A stretch of DNA of 64,000 nucleotides from Centruroides vittatus (GCF_030686945.1 NW_027122668.1:188099-252098); one strand, 5' to 3'. Positions 12,139 through 26,171 are shown, counted from the stretch's first letter. Numbers and translations are program-made. Notes: generated from the letters alone by a model not told the origin.

Positions 12139-14737
12139 TCTTTTGCACTGTACTGATTTATTACTTTATTGCTCTGCTAATCCTTCACTTTTCAGTCTAA
12201 TTGTAAGCACGTACATAAGAATACTGGGCACTTGTTCTCGTAAACAAGATTCTTCTACAGTACTCAGTGAAAGTCAAGCAGTGAAATCAAGCACATCTTC
12301 ATTGCTTGTTTTTCTATATTTATTGTTTCACGTCATTAGTGTAGTTTGCCTCGAGTGATTTGTTTAATACATAACCTGTTTACCACCGCTACATTTTACA
12401 TAGTGTTAATTGTTTAGTTACAGTAGCTACTGTACCGTTAAAATGCAATCGAAATGACAAACTGACTTTGTTGGAAAAAAATAATTAATATATGTACAGT
12501 GCACATATAATAATAAGCTCTTCAATTGATAATACTGTATTTATTTCAATAGTGACATATCTCTAGGAAATACAAATTTCCAAAAACTGCAAATTTTAAA
12601 TAATTGCTTATAATGTTAAGGTAAAACTTAATTATTGGTACAGAGCTTCATTTTTATATTCTGAATATATGTTTAATAGTGAAAAAAAATCCTAAGGCAA
12701 AAGAAATGGTAGTTTTGGCACTTCAAATCATGGACTTTCTGCAATTTAGTTTCAAAGTATTTAAATGGATAATGTAATAAAAACAACAAATCGATGGACA
12801 AAAACTTTTAATATATAAAAACAAAAGAGAGTATACAAAATACGATACAAAACAAAAATGAAAATCACACGAACCTTGTTCTTATGACTGAAGATAATAA
12901 AAAATGGTGTTTAAAAATCTATAGTAATTTCAAAAGAAAGAAGATTACATAAAATTAATAAAAATCATATTGTAATTGTTCTGTCACAGTATCTATTTAG
13001 AATCAATCACTTTCTAAACAGGAAAACACGTTTTGTAAAATGTCATTGCACTTATTCCCAGTTTATTTAAAAGTTTCTTCACATCATCAATCTTTTCCAG
13101 CTTAAGTTTATTCTCCAATGATAACAAATCAACTAATAGAATGACCATGTTTTACCTCCTTTTAAGATTGTTGAACAGAACTATTCTGATAGATGGAGAA
13201 TGTGCAAACATACAAACATATTTACAGTTCATTCTGATTAGTTTCATTTCAGATACTTTAAAATCCATTTTTGACTTAATGAGCAAATGAATTGCAAGTT
13301 TCCAATTACCAAATTACCAGTCTACCAAGAACATGTATTTGTCCTATATGCTCAAAAATTTTGTAGTCTTCTGGTAAAAGAAGCAGTTCAGTTTTCTTAA
13401 CATTTTTCTACCCTTCCAAAGGGCCGATCTATGGGTAAATAACTGTGGCCCTGCACTGGATATGTAATCTCAAAAGTTACACTATACATATCTGAAAGTT
13501 TACTTACCATTATTAAAAATGTGTAACGTTTGTTTTGTGCACCGCATCCATCACAGAACAAATTAATTTTCTTGATTTTTGGATTTTCTTTACGAAATTT
13601 TCTACAGTATAAGTACGCGACCTCTTTCTAGCATATCAACTAAATACTTTTTGAACTTCTCCAGAAAATGTGGCCATTATTAAAGAAAAATTAAGAAAAC
13701 AATCAAACACAATAGCACTTGCACTTGAGAAAGCAGTCATTACTGTTAAATAGTCAATGACCAATATACACTTTGTAATTGGCTGTTGTGGAAATGCGAC
13801 AGTTTGGAAATAAATACAAAACGAAAAACGTCACATTTGAAAAGAAACCAATTTTTTTAATACATTTTTCAACAGAAGAAACACCCGTTTCAGAAAAAAA
13901 ATATTGTAGCGCTATAGGGAAGCCTATTATCAATGTGTTGGTGCCATGAACTTAAAAAACAAATAAAAAATGGAGATACGTCACTTTGGAAATAAGCTCT
14001 TCAATTATGTAGTTACACTTAAGCAATTACAAATGTGAGTTATGTAAAGGTCTACAATCTGCATTACTTGTGTAACTCGGAGTATTACTGTACATCCTTT
14101 TAATTTGCTAATTTAGAGACCAAAATGTTTTAAATTACTTTATTTTGGAAACTTTCTGATTCTTCTCAAATCAGCTTCAGCCAAATTTCATATGAAATTG
14201 AAAGTAATAATAGAATAATAAAACGGTATTGAATCAATTCTTCAAAATTCAAATTATATTATATATTCAAATGATGTAGAAACTTTAAAATACAAATCTA
14301 TAAAATTAAAATAATCGGAAAATTTAATTTAATTTCAAAATGCATCCCATCATTTTAACTTTACAGAATTGTACGCTATAACATAAAAGTATCCAACAGC
14401 TGGAATAATTTTAATTTGCTCATTACATTAAAACTACACTTACCATACACAGAAACTTCGAGCAAATAATTTATATTTAAATTAAATACAAACAGAAAGT
14501 TTTTGGTCCTTTTTAGGGGCCTACGTGAAGCGCCAATCATTACAGAACATTAGAGATTGTAATTTTAGAACATTTTTTAAAATTATTTTTAAAAATGTTC
14601 TAAAATTAGATTATATGTTCTAAAGATAATTACCAAATGTTATAATTTTTCTAAAGATAATATTCATTTTTTCTATTTGAAAAATAGTTTAATTCACTTT
14701 ATAAAAATTCTTCTCTAGAATTATTAATTGTCGGAAC

Positions 14738-15072
14738 GTAGTGACGACTAATACTTGACTTTGTGCATTCCTTGTCAACAAAATAACTCTGGAATGGTTT
14801 GTCCGATCTTGATGAAATTATCTTGGACGACCCATCATCACTTAAGGATGAACTGATTAAAATTTTAACTTTCAGAAATGATCCGTTTTTGTAGAACTGG
14901 AGATGGGGGTTTTTCTTCAGTATGGATCATTTTTGAGAGTTGAAATTTTAATCATTTCATCCTTGAGTGAGAGTGAGTCGTCGTAGAAAATTTCATCAAG
15001 ATCGGACAACTCATTCTAGAGTTATAATGTTGACAAGGAATGCATGAAGTCAAGTGTTAGTCGCTTCCTGCA
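14738..15072. mobile_element. Hairpin or foldback MITE (~335 bp) with arms of ~150 bp
   Basis: 14749-14900 ('ctaatacttgactttgtgcattccttgtcaacaaaataactctggaatgg...') pairs with the rc of 14905-15061 ('...ccattctagagttataatgttgacaaggaatgcatgaagtcaagtgttag'). Confidence 0.55.
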
Positions 15073-15246
15073 CGCACGTGTAGAAGCGTCATCTAGTGGT
15101 CGGAAAATATGACAAGCATTAAAACAGTAATTTTGAAAGGTAAATGTTATCGCTAACTAGATACACAACAAATATAAAGAATCTTTATAGAATAATAAGT
15201 TAAAAAAGAAAACTTTTTTAACTTATTATTCTATAACAGAGCAGCA

Positions 15247-16216
15247 GTGATCAATATTGATGGCTTTACGATCCATTCTCTCCTTCGTCTTCCTATCGTT
15301 AGTACGAAATTTCGATCTCTAAATGAAGAAGCTGCACAGAGATTCCAGATTGAGATGAAGTCGCTCAAATTCATCATCATCGATGAAATGTCAATGATTG
15401 GTGCAAGAATGCTTTACATGATCGAGAGAAGATTGAGGGAGATAAACCCCAAGAAAGATGAGCCGTTTGGTGGATTCTTTATCTATTTGTTTGGTGATTT
15501 TCGTCAGCTTCCTCCTGTTAAAGATACTCCTCTCTACTCGAGTGTTTTTTACAATGTAATGTCCCAACAAGGTAGGGACCCTGTTGGGACATTACATTAC
15601 ATTTGCATTTGATTCTTTTGAGAAGTTCATTGAACTTAGTAATTCTCATAGACAAAATAGCACAGATAGTTCCTTCACAGATGTCTTACAACATCTAGCT
15701 TCGGGTGATTTCTCTGATACAGATCTGAACATTCTGACGACAAGAAATCGAGCCTGTTTATCCAGAGATGAACTTGATCAGTTCCAAACAGCAGTAGAGC
15801 TATATCCAACAAACGAGCAAGTTAAACAAAGCAACGAAAACTACTTGCAGTCAACTGGATGCTCTCTTGGTTATATAGCATCTGAAAACACTCCAGATAT
15901 TGCCCCGCCTTTGTCCAAAGATGACTCAGCTCTTGGTCTCTCTAAGTATTTGAATCTCTCAGTTAATGCCAGAATCGTGCTGAGAGTCAACTTATGGGTG
16001 CAAGGAGGTCTCGTCAATGGTTCACTGGAAACTAGACGCTACATTATATATGTTCCTAATGCTCGCCCTCCAGCTCTTCCTCTGTTTATTTTAGTGGAAT
16101 TCGATAGCTATCGGGGACCTTTAATCTATGGTAATCTGTTTCAAATAATTCCCATAACACCTCTTCGAATGATGGCAGTATATTGCGACCTTGTAGACAG
16201 TTTCCCCTTACCTTAG
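15247..16216 (+). pseudogene. PIF1-family (Helitron-type) DNA helicase domain fragment, frameshifted
   Basis: ORFs at 15247-15612 and 15584-16216 carry SF1/PIF1 motifs: 'FIIIDEMSMIG' (Walker B), 'FGGFFIYLFGDFRQLPPV' (motif III), 'IELSNSHRQ' (motif IV-like) and a C-terminal 'NARIVLRVNLWVQGGLVNGS' typical of PIF1/Helitron helicases. No Rep/HUH domain and no start codon are present. The frame is broken at ~15590. Confidence 0.7.
15562..15606. repeat. Perfect 20-bp-stem hairpin (aatgtaatgtcccaacaagg / ccctgttgggacattacatt) located exactly at the helicase frameshift
   Basis: 'caatgtaatgtcccaacaaggtagggaccctgttgggacattacatt' is palindromic with one mismatch. It lies between helicase motif III and motif IV, where the reading frame shifts. 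Confidence 0.6.
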
Positions 16217-16784
16217 CATACTCGATGACTATACATAAATCACAGGGATTAACTCTTCCAAAAATCAAAATAGATATAGGGAAAAAAGAGGCATCTATCA
16301 GTCTTACCTATGTTACACTTGAGTCGAGTGAAAAAAATAACTGACTCAGTATTTTTAGAGAGTTACAATAAAGATCGCTACGAGTCAATTTGTAAGTCCA
16401 AGGCCCATAGTGATAGACAGAATTTTGGGAGACGTTTGCATAGCAATTAATTAATGGCTTATTCTGACCTTATATTTGTACCTTTAAATGATCCAATAAA
16501 AATCAAATATATTGTTGAGAACGAATGATTCTGTTTCTTTTTCCCCTCATAATCTAGAAAATAAAGGTGCAAGTGGCTTCGTTCCGACTACATGCTGATA
16601 CAGCGTTACTTAACTAGTAATTAATAAAAACGAGGTTGAGGTCGAAGTTTTAAATGCAAAACGTGTATGTCAGATGTTCGACGCCACTTTCCTGTAAGCT
16701 TAGAAGTTTGACAATGGCATTTGGAAAGACGGTGGAATCATACTCGACATTACAAACATACTCATAATTATAGTTAGTTTATTT

Positions 16785-17732
16785 GGTTAATGTGAGCCTA
16801 GGTATACAAAATTGCGGCACTTCCGGTAACCTCGATGGCAAGTGTTTTTAGAAAAGAAATGTAGATGGCGTTGATAGTAATGATGCCTTCGTATGCAAAT
16901 ATCCATCAAAAAATTCCGTTCAGGAAACATGAGGAATAATGTGAATTTCGAATTTTGGTTACGAAGTAGACAGATTATGCACGTTGTTAATTTTTTTAAA
17001 AGTGTCTGTGTTTTTTTAAAGTTTGTACAATTTACTCGAAGTCTAAAGTTATCAAGGAGGAAAGTTTGTGAATGGTAATTAACATGTTAAACGTGTCCTT
17101 AATGTGTTTAATGAATGTTAAATGTCATGAAAGTGTATTAAAGGTGTGTTAACATTGTATAAGTGAGGTAAAAATTTTGTAAAGGGTTTATATGTGGTTC
17201 AGATGTGTGTTTAAAGTGTGTAAATGTGTGTTAAACGTGTTTAAACGTGGTTTAAATGTGCGTTTATAGTGTGTAAATGTGTTTTAAACTTGTTAAATTT
17301 GTCATAACCAAGGATATGTAATAGTGATTTCCGACCCAAAAGACAACGTGAACGACACATGGAAGGCTAGGTGGTTGTGGATCGCAGGTGCCACCCTCTA
17401 TGGAGACGCTGCCTATTGTAGATGAAAAGGCGAGAGATGTGAATCGTAAAACTGCAGTTCTTAAGAGGAGTAAAATTTATGTACAATACAGGCAAATTTT
17501 GTTCGAACCACTGACGTATAGAATCTCGTAATTCACTTCATCCATGCATCGATTGAATTTATAGGTAGTATGATGCCTTTTTTATTTTTCGTTTCTGGTC
17601 CAAGAGTAGGAAAAGTAACCAAAGGAGGGGAAAAAGTAAGTAGCAAATTTACGTTTTAAAAAAGTTTAAATATAGGCGCGTTTAGGTTATTGTCAATGGT
17701 CGCCATTTTGTATACCTAGGCTCACATTAACC
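16785..17732. mobile_element. Non-autonomous hAT-like element (948 bp), 28-bp TIR GGTTAATGTGAGCCTAGGTATACAAAAT, 8-bp TSD GTTTATTT; larger relative of the 63314 MITE family
   Basis: TIRs at 16785-16812 and 17705-17732 are reverse complements. The direct repeat 'gtttattt' lies at 16777-16784 and 17733-17740. The interior contains a degenerate tandem repeat. Confidence 0.65.
17085..17300. repeat. Degenerate tandem repeat of a ~12-13-bp unit (gtgtttaaacgtg-like) inside the 16785-17732 element
   Basis: Visible reiteration: 'gtgtgtttaaagtgtgtaaatgtgtgttaaacgtgtttaaacgtggtttaaatgtgcgtttatagtgtgtaaatgtgttttaaac'. Confidence 0.6.
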
Positions 17733-17828
17733 GTTTATTTATTTATTATAATCCTTAAGATAATAAAATATATAACAAATAACAACTTTGTATCTCAAAT
17801 TTTTGATTAAATTATGTGTTCGATGTAG

Positions 17829-17944
17829 CTGCTGCAACAGGAACTCCAATATTGGAAACTGTTCAAGACCAATTGGCATTGCAATATCCACATTCACCAG
17901 GAATTATGCCATTTGCTGGACACCAACCATTGGCTTATCCTCAG
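17829..17944 (+). CDS. Internal coding exon of a host gene (low-complexity Pro/Gln/His-rich protein)
   Basis: Acceptor 'ttcgatgtag|ct', donor 'cctcag|gtattc'. Open frame AATGTPILETVQDQLALQYPHSPGIMPFAGHQPLAYPQ. Third-position composition differs from the AT-rich flanks. Its phase matches the exon at 22708. Confidence 0.5.
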
Positions 17945-18214
17945 GTATTCAAATCTGTGGTGTTTGATATTTAAATACATTTTGTTTATAAATTAATTTT
18001 CCAAAATACTACAGACTAAAAAAACAACACATAATATAATAATACATAATACAATATATATAGTATATATTTTTTTGAATAACAATTAGATTACAGTGTA
18101 CTTTTGCTAATCTGAACTTTGCATAATCCAGTCTAATTTTGTTCATTTTTCCACATGTTCACAACAAAGGATCAAGAATTAGAGGTTAAACAATAAATGT
18201 TTACATACTCAAAT

Positions 18215-18518
18215 GGGACATTCCAATTTTCAACGCTGACTCAGTGCTGATCTCAACGTTCGCTAAAATTTGTTCCTTTTTTCAATGTTGAAGTGGTGCT
18301 GTTGTCAGCGATGACTCAACACACTCAGCACTCAACAGATATGTTGACTGCTACTTTCCAATGAATTGTGGGTAATTGGTACGACATTTGAATGGAATCC
18401 ATCTTGCTGAGAATGGAATTATGGGAACTAAGCACTTCGTACTCAAGTTGGAATGCTGTTGATGACGTCAAATTGTTAGTTTCAACACTCAACACTCGTG
18501 TTGAAAATTGGAATGTCC
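18215..18518. mobile_element. MITE (~304 bp) with TIR GGGACATTCCAATTTTCAACRC
   Basis: Left 'gggacattccaattttcaacgctgactcag'; right 'cgtgttgaaaattggaatgtccc'. Internal 'caacactcaacactc' repeats. TSD ambiguous. Confidence 0.5.
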
Positions 18519-21500
18519 CTAAAGTAACATGAATGGTAATTGGTTAACTTCTAACTGTAACTCTTGATCTTTGTACTGAATTTGGACATAAATGTTTCAG
18601 CTAAAGACAAAAACAGACCTAAATTATAATTTAAAAACGCAACAAATTTATAAAATAGACGTATATTACACAAATATACATAAACATATGCGACTAATAC
18701 AGAATAAAAGTTTTTTAACTATATGTATTTGTCTGTAGTTCTACATGCGTGTGCAGTAGAGTGTTCCTTATTTTCTGACTTCAAAATTTTTGAATGCCCA
18801 CCTGCCTGTTTTTTCCCTTTCACTCAAAAATATGTCCATATTTAATTTCTTGGCAATCAAAGAATATTAATCCATGCCATCTTGTGTGTCAATGTGTCTG
18901 GATATGCTGCACTTTGCTCAGGCCCGGACTGGTTGTTACACATGGAGCACTGTCAGTTTGTGTCTCGGTTTCTGTCAGTGTTAGATGTATTTGTGCTCTG
19001 TTATACTAATAATATGTCATATGATTTATGCAGTTCCAAGAACGTGAAACACCAAATAACTGTAGACAAATTTCCATCAAATAGACAAGTGCTGGGTGTT
19101 TTATTTTAAACAAAGCAAGAATTCTGACAAGATCTCTTCAGCATTGTGTAAAAACTCAGATTTATATTTGGAGTGGAGAAAATTACAAAAAAATTAAGAA
19201 AGTCTCAAGAGATTTTTAAGCACTGTGAAGCAGTGTTTCAAAACAATCTGAACAACCTGTTTGATATCACATATACAAATACTCTAAAAACCATCAAATT
19301 AGATGAGGATAGAATTTTTACTGTGGCAGAGACAGAGCAAAGAGACTGTCTTGTAGGTGTGGACTGAAAACTCACCAAAAAAGAACAGTCAAGGAAAAGG
19401 AAATTTGAAGGGAAGAAAAGACAACGTAAGCAATCAGTGGCATCCACCTCTTCGGCTGCACTTTCTCTCATCATCTAAAGATGAAGATGGCACATTTTTT
19501 TGGTATTGATGAATGCAGCAATGGTGAGTCGTCGTCGTCTACCATTTCTGGGTGATACACCAAGGCAGAATACTGCAAGATGCGGAACCAAAGATTTCAT
19601 TACTGACAAATTAGTGTAAGAGATGCTGTTTATATATTTTAGGCAACAGCAGAAGTATTTTGTTACAACACTGAAGAACTCTCTATTAATAGATATTTCA
19701 TTCATTGAATCAGGCAGAATAAAAGTAAAGAATGGACTGAAGCCATTAAAGCTGCATTTAATGATATCTCTGAAATTCTGACTGTTCACTGGGATGGTAA
19801 GCTATTAACTACATTGAATGTAAAGAAGAAAGAATCCCAATAGTCGTGACATTTGGAGATAAAGAACAGTTCATTGGTGTTCTAAAATTAGAAAATGCTT
19901 CTGGTAAAGAGCAGGCATGAGCTTTCCGCAATAACAGGTTGGAGTTTGGAAAATGATGTAAAATTCTTTGTAATGATACATTTGTCTCAAACACTGGCTG
20001 CTTAAATGGTGCATGCATCTTCATTGAACAAATATTGGATACAGAGTTGTTTTTCCCCTGTTGTCATCACATCTATGAATTTAAAAGCAAAATATGTGAG
20101 ATAACAAGTAGTCATGACATCTCTCTCTTCATACAATTAAGAGAAAGTTGGTAAAATGTTAATGCTAGTAATTATCAAAGTGGTAAAGATTATGTAGAGG
20201 AGTTTTTCAGTGAGTTAGAACTTCAAGAATTATTGGACTTCTATAAAGCTGAACTGCAGAAATAAATGCCAAGAAGTGGTTACCATAAATTTATAGAGCT
20301 ATGTGTACTATTTTTAAGAGGTGACACAGAGAAGAAATTAAAAGTGTCCTCCCTGCGCTATGCATCAAGCTCAATTGATGGCAAGTACAACTTATTCCCT
20401 AGAAAACGTTTCTCCTAAGGTTAAAACTTAAACTATTCATCAGAGAAGAATAAGCTTTACGTGATATTTCTCTGTTTGTGGTAACAATGGCTTAAGTGCC
20501 ATTCAGCTATAAAAGCCCCTAATCATAGATCTCTGCTTCTTCAAGTCCTTAAAATCATATGAAGTAATAGATACAACCATTTCTACAGCAGCTTTAAAGA
20601 AGCATAGCCAACACTTGTGATATTTATCCAAAGAACTGCTTAAGTGTTTGGTATTTCTTACTGATTTTTTGACATTAGCCCATGCTGACTCAAGTTTTGC
20701 ATTTGAGTCAGCACGGGTTAATGCCATCCTATATAAAACTTATCAAATGCAAGTTTTTACTAAGCTAAACAATTCTGTGCAACAATTAGTTTCAATTAGC
20801 AATAACACAATATACTCCAAATTGTATCTGATAAAATTTGCATATATTACAAATTCCAGCAAATTCAATGTAAAACAGTAAAGATTATTCATTTTTAATA
20901 TTTTGTTTTCTTTCTAATAAATATATTTAAAATATTTACTGTTTTATTAAATAAATTTTGAGTAAAAATATATATATATTTTCTATAATCATTAAATTTT
21001 GATTAATTATTGACATTAAATAGTGTATGTTTGATTGATTTAAAATGTCTTAATTTATTCATGAGAAGTATCAAAATAATTAGGATTATTCTATTTCATT
21101 AGTACTTCATAATTGCCTAACAATTTTTCATCCTCTTTTATATATACAGGTGCTTTTTTTAATATCTGTAGATAATTTTAGATTGATGCTTTACAGCAGC
21201 AGTTCCCAAACTATGGCCGAAAATTCTCGAAAGGGATGCAGAGTGGAGGAGAAAAGGAACAAGAAATGGAGATGCAAAGAAATTTTATTCTTAAACGAGT
21301 TAGTATAATAAATCAAATATTAGCTCTCCTCCCTAATAATTAAGTTTAGCATAAAGTTAAATAATTATCAAGGCAGGAGATAATTTATTTTCTACATGGT
21401 TTTATTTTGAAAGGGACCATAAGATGTTTGGGAAATGCTGCTCTTCTGCAAAATAATTTTACGTCTTCATTTTCACTTATTATTTTGAGAGGGAAACATT

Positions 21501-22707
21501 ATTTCTTTTGCTTGTCATCTGAAGAGTAAACGTAATTAATTCATCAGGTCTTGGAACTAACTACGAAACGGCAGCATGTTCGTAAACCTTCGAGTAATCT
21601 AATTTCAATTTAATTGATACATTAACAACCAATAGATAGATTGTGAGAAATTTGTAGGAAAATTTCTTAAAAACAAAATTCTGTAGCCTTTTATATTACA
21701 TGATGCCAAGATTTTTGTACTAAAAAATTTAAAAATACCATTTGAATTAAAAATCTTACTGCTTTTTTATTCCTCTAATTTGATTTAAAATTTTTAAATC
21801 TTTAAAAGTTTAAATATGGAAAAATAAATTGTAATACAATAGAGAGTTGGTAATTGGAACGATTTTCAGTCGGACTGTGTCGTGCTGAATCGAACGTTTT
21901 TGATACTAGATTTACTTCTAAAGTATAATTTTCATGTTTTTATATTCTTCAATATATTTATTTTGTTTGTACAAAATGAGGAAATAATTTTTAACGATAC
22001 GATAGCCTCGATTATTATTATAATAATTTTCATTAGGCTTAAAATCGACGAAAATTCAACACAAAGCAACATGCGACGGAGAAAAATTTGAACATCTAAC
22101 AGGTTAATGTATTTTTCAGTACATAATCGGTAATCGGAACAAATCACTAATCTGAACAAGTCCCCAATTGATTCCGATTAACGACTCTCTACTGTAATAA
22201 CTAGAAAACTTGAATTCACACACAATTAATTTTTTATTAATAAGATAATCATTTTAATTTACACCTTAGTCTCCTACCTTTAATCCAAGTTATGTTCTAT
22301 ATTTAACTACTAATTTATGGCCCAGTAAATTTGGCATTATCATTTAATTGATTTTAACTTGTTTTTCTTATGCAGTTGTAAATCATTTATTTCATATTTT
22401 TTGTTTTCTTTTTATCAACACTTTTCTGTTTATTTCAATATAAATATTGTTTTGGGAGCCTTATCATGATATGTTAGCATTACTTACCATATTTACATAA
22501 GTATACAATAAATAATTGCAATCTTTCCAAATATAGTTAATTTATATTGTTAATTGTTTAGATCTTTTCAGATTCATTAAATGCATTGATTTATTTAAAA
22601 AATATATATTATTAAAATAGCATGACTTTACGTAATTTAAAAATTAGTATTTAAATCTATTAATCAAAAATACTAATAGTTTTCTTCTGTATCACTTTAA
22701 ATTTTAG

Positions 22708-22816
22708 ATGTATCCAATGATTGGACCACGAGTATTGTCACCACAGCCGGTCGGAATAATGACTTCTGCTAATCCATCGCAAGGAGAGACTCCCCAATTT
22801 TCAACAAATCTTTGTA
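22708..22816 (+). CDS. Internal coding exon of the same host gene (109 nt, ends in phase 1)
   Basis: Acceptor 'aaattttag|atg', donor 'tttgta|gtgagt'. Frame MYPMIGPRVLSPQPVGIMTSANPSQGETPQFSTNLC. Its phase links to the exons at 17829 and 27828. Confidence 0.5.
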
Positions 22817-23108
22817 GTGAGTTGTTCATTTTATATTAATTAATAACTTTTGAAGAGAAATATTTAAAATAATATAGTCATCATTGTGCTGATTGATTGG
22901 ATGATTTGGAAATTGTTGTTATTTCCAATATCCAGTTGATAGAGCTACATTTGACGACGAATCAAAATTTGGTATCCTAAAACGTCTTGATTTATACCTT
23001 CTGAATGATGGGCAAATGATTAATATTTGAAGGAAAACAACACTATAAATCCACTAAAATACTTTTCAGATATTTAATTTCTTAATTTCTACTACAGACA
23101 GTTTAGAA

Positions 23109-26100
23109 CAGTGGTGGCGAACCTATGACCCGTGGGTCAGACACTGATCCATGCAGGTCTTTTAAATGACCCACACGTTGATTTTTATAAATTTATTTTT
23201 TATATCATAAAAGAGAGAACTGACAATCAAAAATATTTTAAAAAATAATGTACATATATCTAATGTCAAATTTTTTAAGGCCCAATGCAGGCATTGGGGC
23301 ATGCGCACGGTGTCATTCCATGGTATAAATAATAAATTCATAAATTAATAAATTCCTATTACAAATAAAAATAATAATATACTGAATTATACCATAAAAA
23401 TATAAAATAAATATAAAAGAATTTATATTGTTGATTTAGATAATAGCTAGGGGGGCCCCTAGTGGCTGTTTTTGGCATACCGTCACAGAACTGCCCGTTT
23501 CGATTTTATATAGCAGATATTTCCAAGTGGACATTGCCTAGCTGATTTTCTATTGTATCACTGCACCTGCATATGACACATGACAGTTAGTCATAAACTT
23601 GACGTGCGTACAGTACATGTTCGTTGCATTGTAGAATCGGGAGATGTACCAGTGCTGAACTAAATGGCAGTTTTGTCGTAGGCGTCTAGAAGTCTTTAAT
23701 AATTCAACATTATTATTATTTTTTATTATTAAAGTTTCTCGTCTACATATGTATGTATGTCAAGTACGTTAATAAGAAATTTCTTTTCAAATTATTGTAT
23801 TCTAAATATAAATATGTTTAGTCGTAGCCCTGTACTATGTCGGTGGTTAGAAAAATGAAAACAAACGATACAAGTTCCAGGCCATATCAAACAGAATGGT
23901 TTGATAAATATGGTGTGATTGAAAAGAATAAAATGACTTTGTGTATAATTTGTAACGAAAAAGTACGTACAATGTAAAAAGACATTTCGAAAAGTTGCAT
24001 TCTAATCTTGGCATTTCGACAGACGAAGAAAGAAGAACATATTTTTTACAAAAGAAAAAAGAGTCATTCACAAACCAGTGTTTTAAAAACTTTTTTGATT
24101 CCAAAAAACAACATTACGGCTGCTAGTTTTCAAGTTGCCCATTGCATTGCTCGCCACAGTGGAAACTCTTTCAGAAGGAGAGTTTGTAAAACAAGCATTT
24201 TTAGAATGAATTGCTACTTTGTTTGCAGATTTTAAAGAAAAGTATTGATTATAAAGCATATAAATGAGTTACCAATAAGTTGCAATACAATTAAAGATCG
24301 AGTAATAGAAATTAGAAATAAATATTTTTTCACACATATGTAATGACTTAAATTATACAGAAATGTATTTAATTGCTTTAGATGAGAGTAATGATGTAAA
24401 TGGTTATGCACAATTAGCAGATTTTGCTCGATATAAATCGGGCAATATAATGAAAGAAGAGCTAATGAAACTAATAACATTGAAAGGGAAGTGTATCGGT
24501 CTTGATATTTTTAAAGAATTTGATATTACATTTAAAGAAATGGATATTGACCTACGGAAAATTGTTTCTGTAACAACAGACGGTGCACCCAATATGGTGG
24601 GGAAAAACATTAGTTTTATTCAGTATCTTAAGCAAAATATTACACATTCTCTGATTGAATTTCATGTATAATACACCAGCAAGTTCTATGTGTGAAGCAA
24701 GGTTTAAAAACATTTTCCAATATAATGTCAGTTTTAATAAAAGTCATCAACTTTATAAATGCAAGAGGTCTTAATAAACGACAATTTGCACAATTACTAG
24801 AGGAAATTGAGTGCCAGTATTCGGGGATTTTGACACAACAATGTTCGATGGCTCAGTTGTGGTCAAGTTCTTAATCGGTTTGTCATTTTATTAGAAGAAA
24901 TTAAGCTCTTTTTGAATGAAGAAGACAATAGTTTTGATGAATTTTCAAATATAGATTGGTTAAACGATTTAATGTTCTTATGCGACATCACTCAGCATTT
25001 TAATGAACTGAATAAAAAACTTTGAAGAAATGGACAAATTATTTTAATGATGTTTGAAAATATTAAAATATTTATGAAGAAACTTGACATCTTTACTAAG
25101 GATTTGGAAATGAAAGTCATGAAATATTTTCTTCAATTACAAAAACATTTTCAGAACATAAAGATTTTTGAAAATAAGCTTGACATTCAAGAAAATGCAA
25201 TTAAAAAATATTTAATGATTATACAGGAAATAAAACAAGGTGTAGAGGAGAGATTTAATCAATTTAAAAGTTTGGAAAGTACATTTCACCTTATTTTATA
25301 TCCATACAAAATGGAATTCGAAACAGTGGAGTTTACTGAATTTATGTGGATAGGTATCCATGATTTAGAAATGGAATTAGTTGAATTTCAAAGCAGCATA
25401 GTGTGGAAAAATAAATTTGAAAACTTAATTATCAAAGTAGAAGGAAAAATGTCTGAAAATAGTGCAGATAATAATGATGCCACACAAAAAATTGAAAATA
25501 TTATATTAAACGTATGGGATTCTTTACCAAATAATTTTATATTAATGAAGAAATTTGCTAATGCTCTTTTAACAATGTTTGGGTCCACATATTCGTGTGA
25601 AAAATTGTTTTCTTTGATGAATTTTGTAAAATCTACCAATAGAAATAAACTTGGAAATGAAATGACTGTGAAATGAGTTAAACTAACGAATACGGAATAT
25701 GAACCTAATATTAAGAAACTATCTGAAAATAAACAACAGATTTCTCATTAAATATACTCAACTTTATTATACATACACATACCTGTAATTATATCTATTA
25801 ATAAATAATATTTCATAATACATATGTGATTTTCTTTATTCCTTGTTCATTCAAATACTTAGTGTGGGGATGATTGCCGACTGGGCGTGGTGTCACCTGG
25901 TGCGGTAATTCGTGGTATCACTCCATTGATATCAATTTTTTAACGTCGACCGTTATTTTTTGCTCTTCACTTGCAAAAGTAAAAGTTATAAAACAAAAAG
26001 GAAACGTAAACTTTTTGGAGGATTTTAAAAGCAAGAACCAAAAAAAAGTAGTTTTTAACCATCCTCTCCCCCTTTCCAAGTGACGCCAGTGACTTAGTGA

Positions 26101-26171
26101 CCCACGAGCTAGTACTAAAAAAAATAATGAACAAAATTTGACCCACTTCTCAAAAAGGTTCGCCATCACTG
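23109..26171 (+). mobile_element. Near-complete hAT superfamily DNA transposon (3,063 bp): 16-bp TIR CAGTGGTGGCGAACCT / CAGTGATGGCGAACCT, 8-bp TSD GTTTAGAA, internal Charlie/GTF2IRD2-like transposase inactivated by frameshifts
   Basis: TIRs at 23109-23124 and 26156-26171. An identical 'gtttagaa' lies at 23101-23108 and 26172-26179. The internal ORFs carry hAT DDE and hATC motifs. Confidence 0.8.
23855..25678 (+). pseudogene. hAT transposase (Charlie / GTF2IRD2 / FAM200-like), at least two frameshifts
   Basis: N-terminal 'YQTEWFDKYGVIEKNKMTLCIICNE'; 'FQVAHCIARHSGNSF...GEFVKQAFLE'; 'ALDESNDVNGYAQLADFARY' and 'SVTTDGAPNMVGKN' (hAT catalytic-region motifs); C-terminal hATC dimerisation motif 'FGSTYSCEKLFSLMNFVKSTNRNKL'. 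The pieces are spread over three frames (ORFs 24363-24671 and 25047-25676, among others). Confidence 0.75.

Noticed and set aside
21182-21296. Candidate exon 'QQFPNYGRKFSKGMQSGGEKEQEMEMQRNFILKR' between host-gene exons
   Set aside because: The donor (GTTAGT) is weak, and the length does not preserve the phase between the exons at 17829 and 22708. No support beyond an open frame.
25047-25676. 209-aa ORF as an independent gene
   Set aside because: It is the C-terminal (hATC) part of the frameshifted hAT transposase within the TIR-bounded element at 23109-26171.
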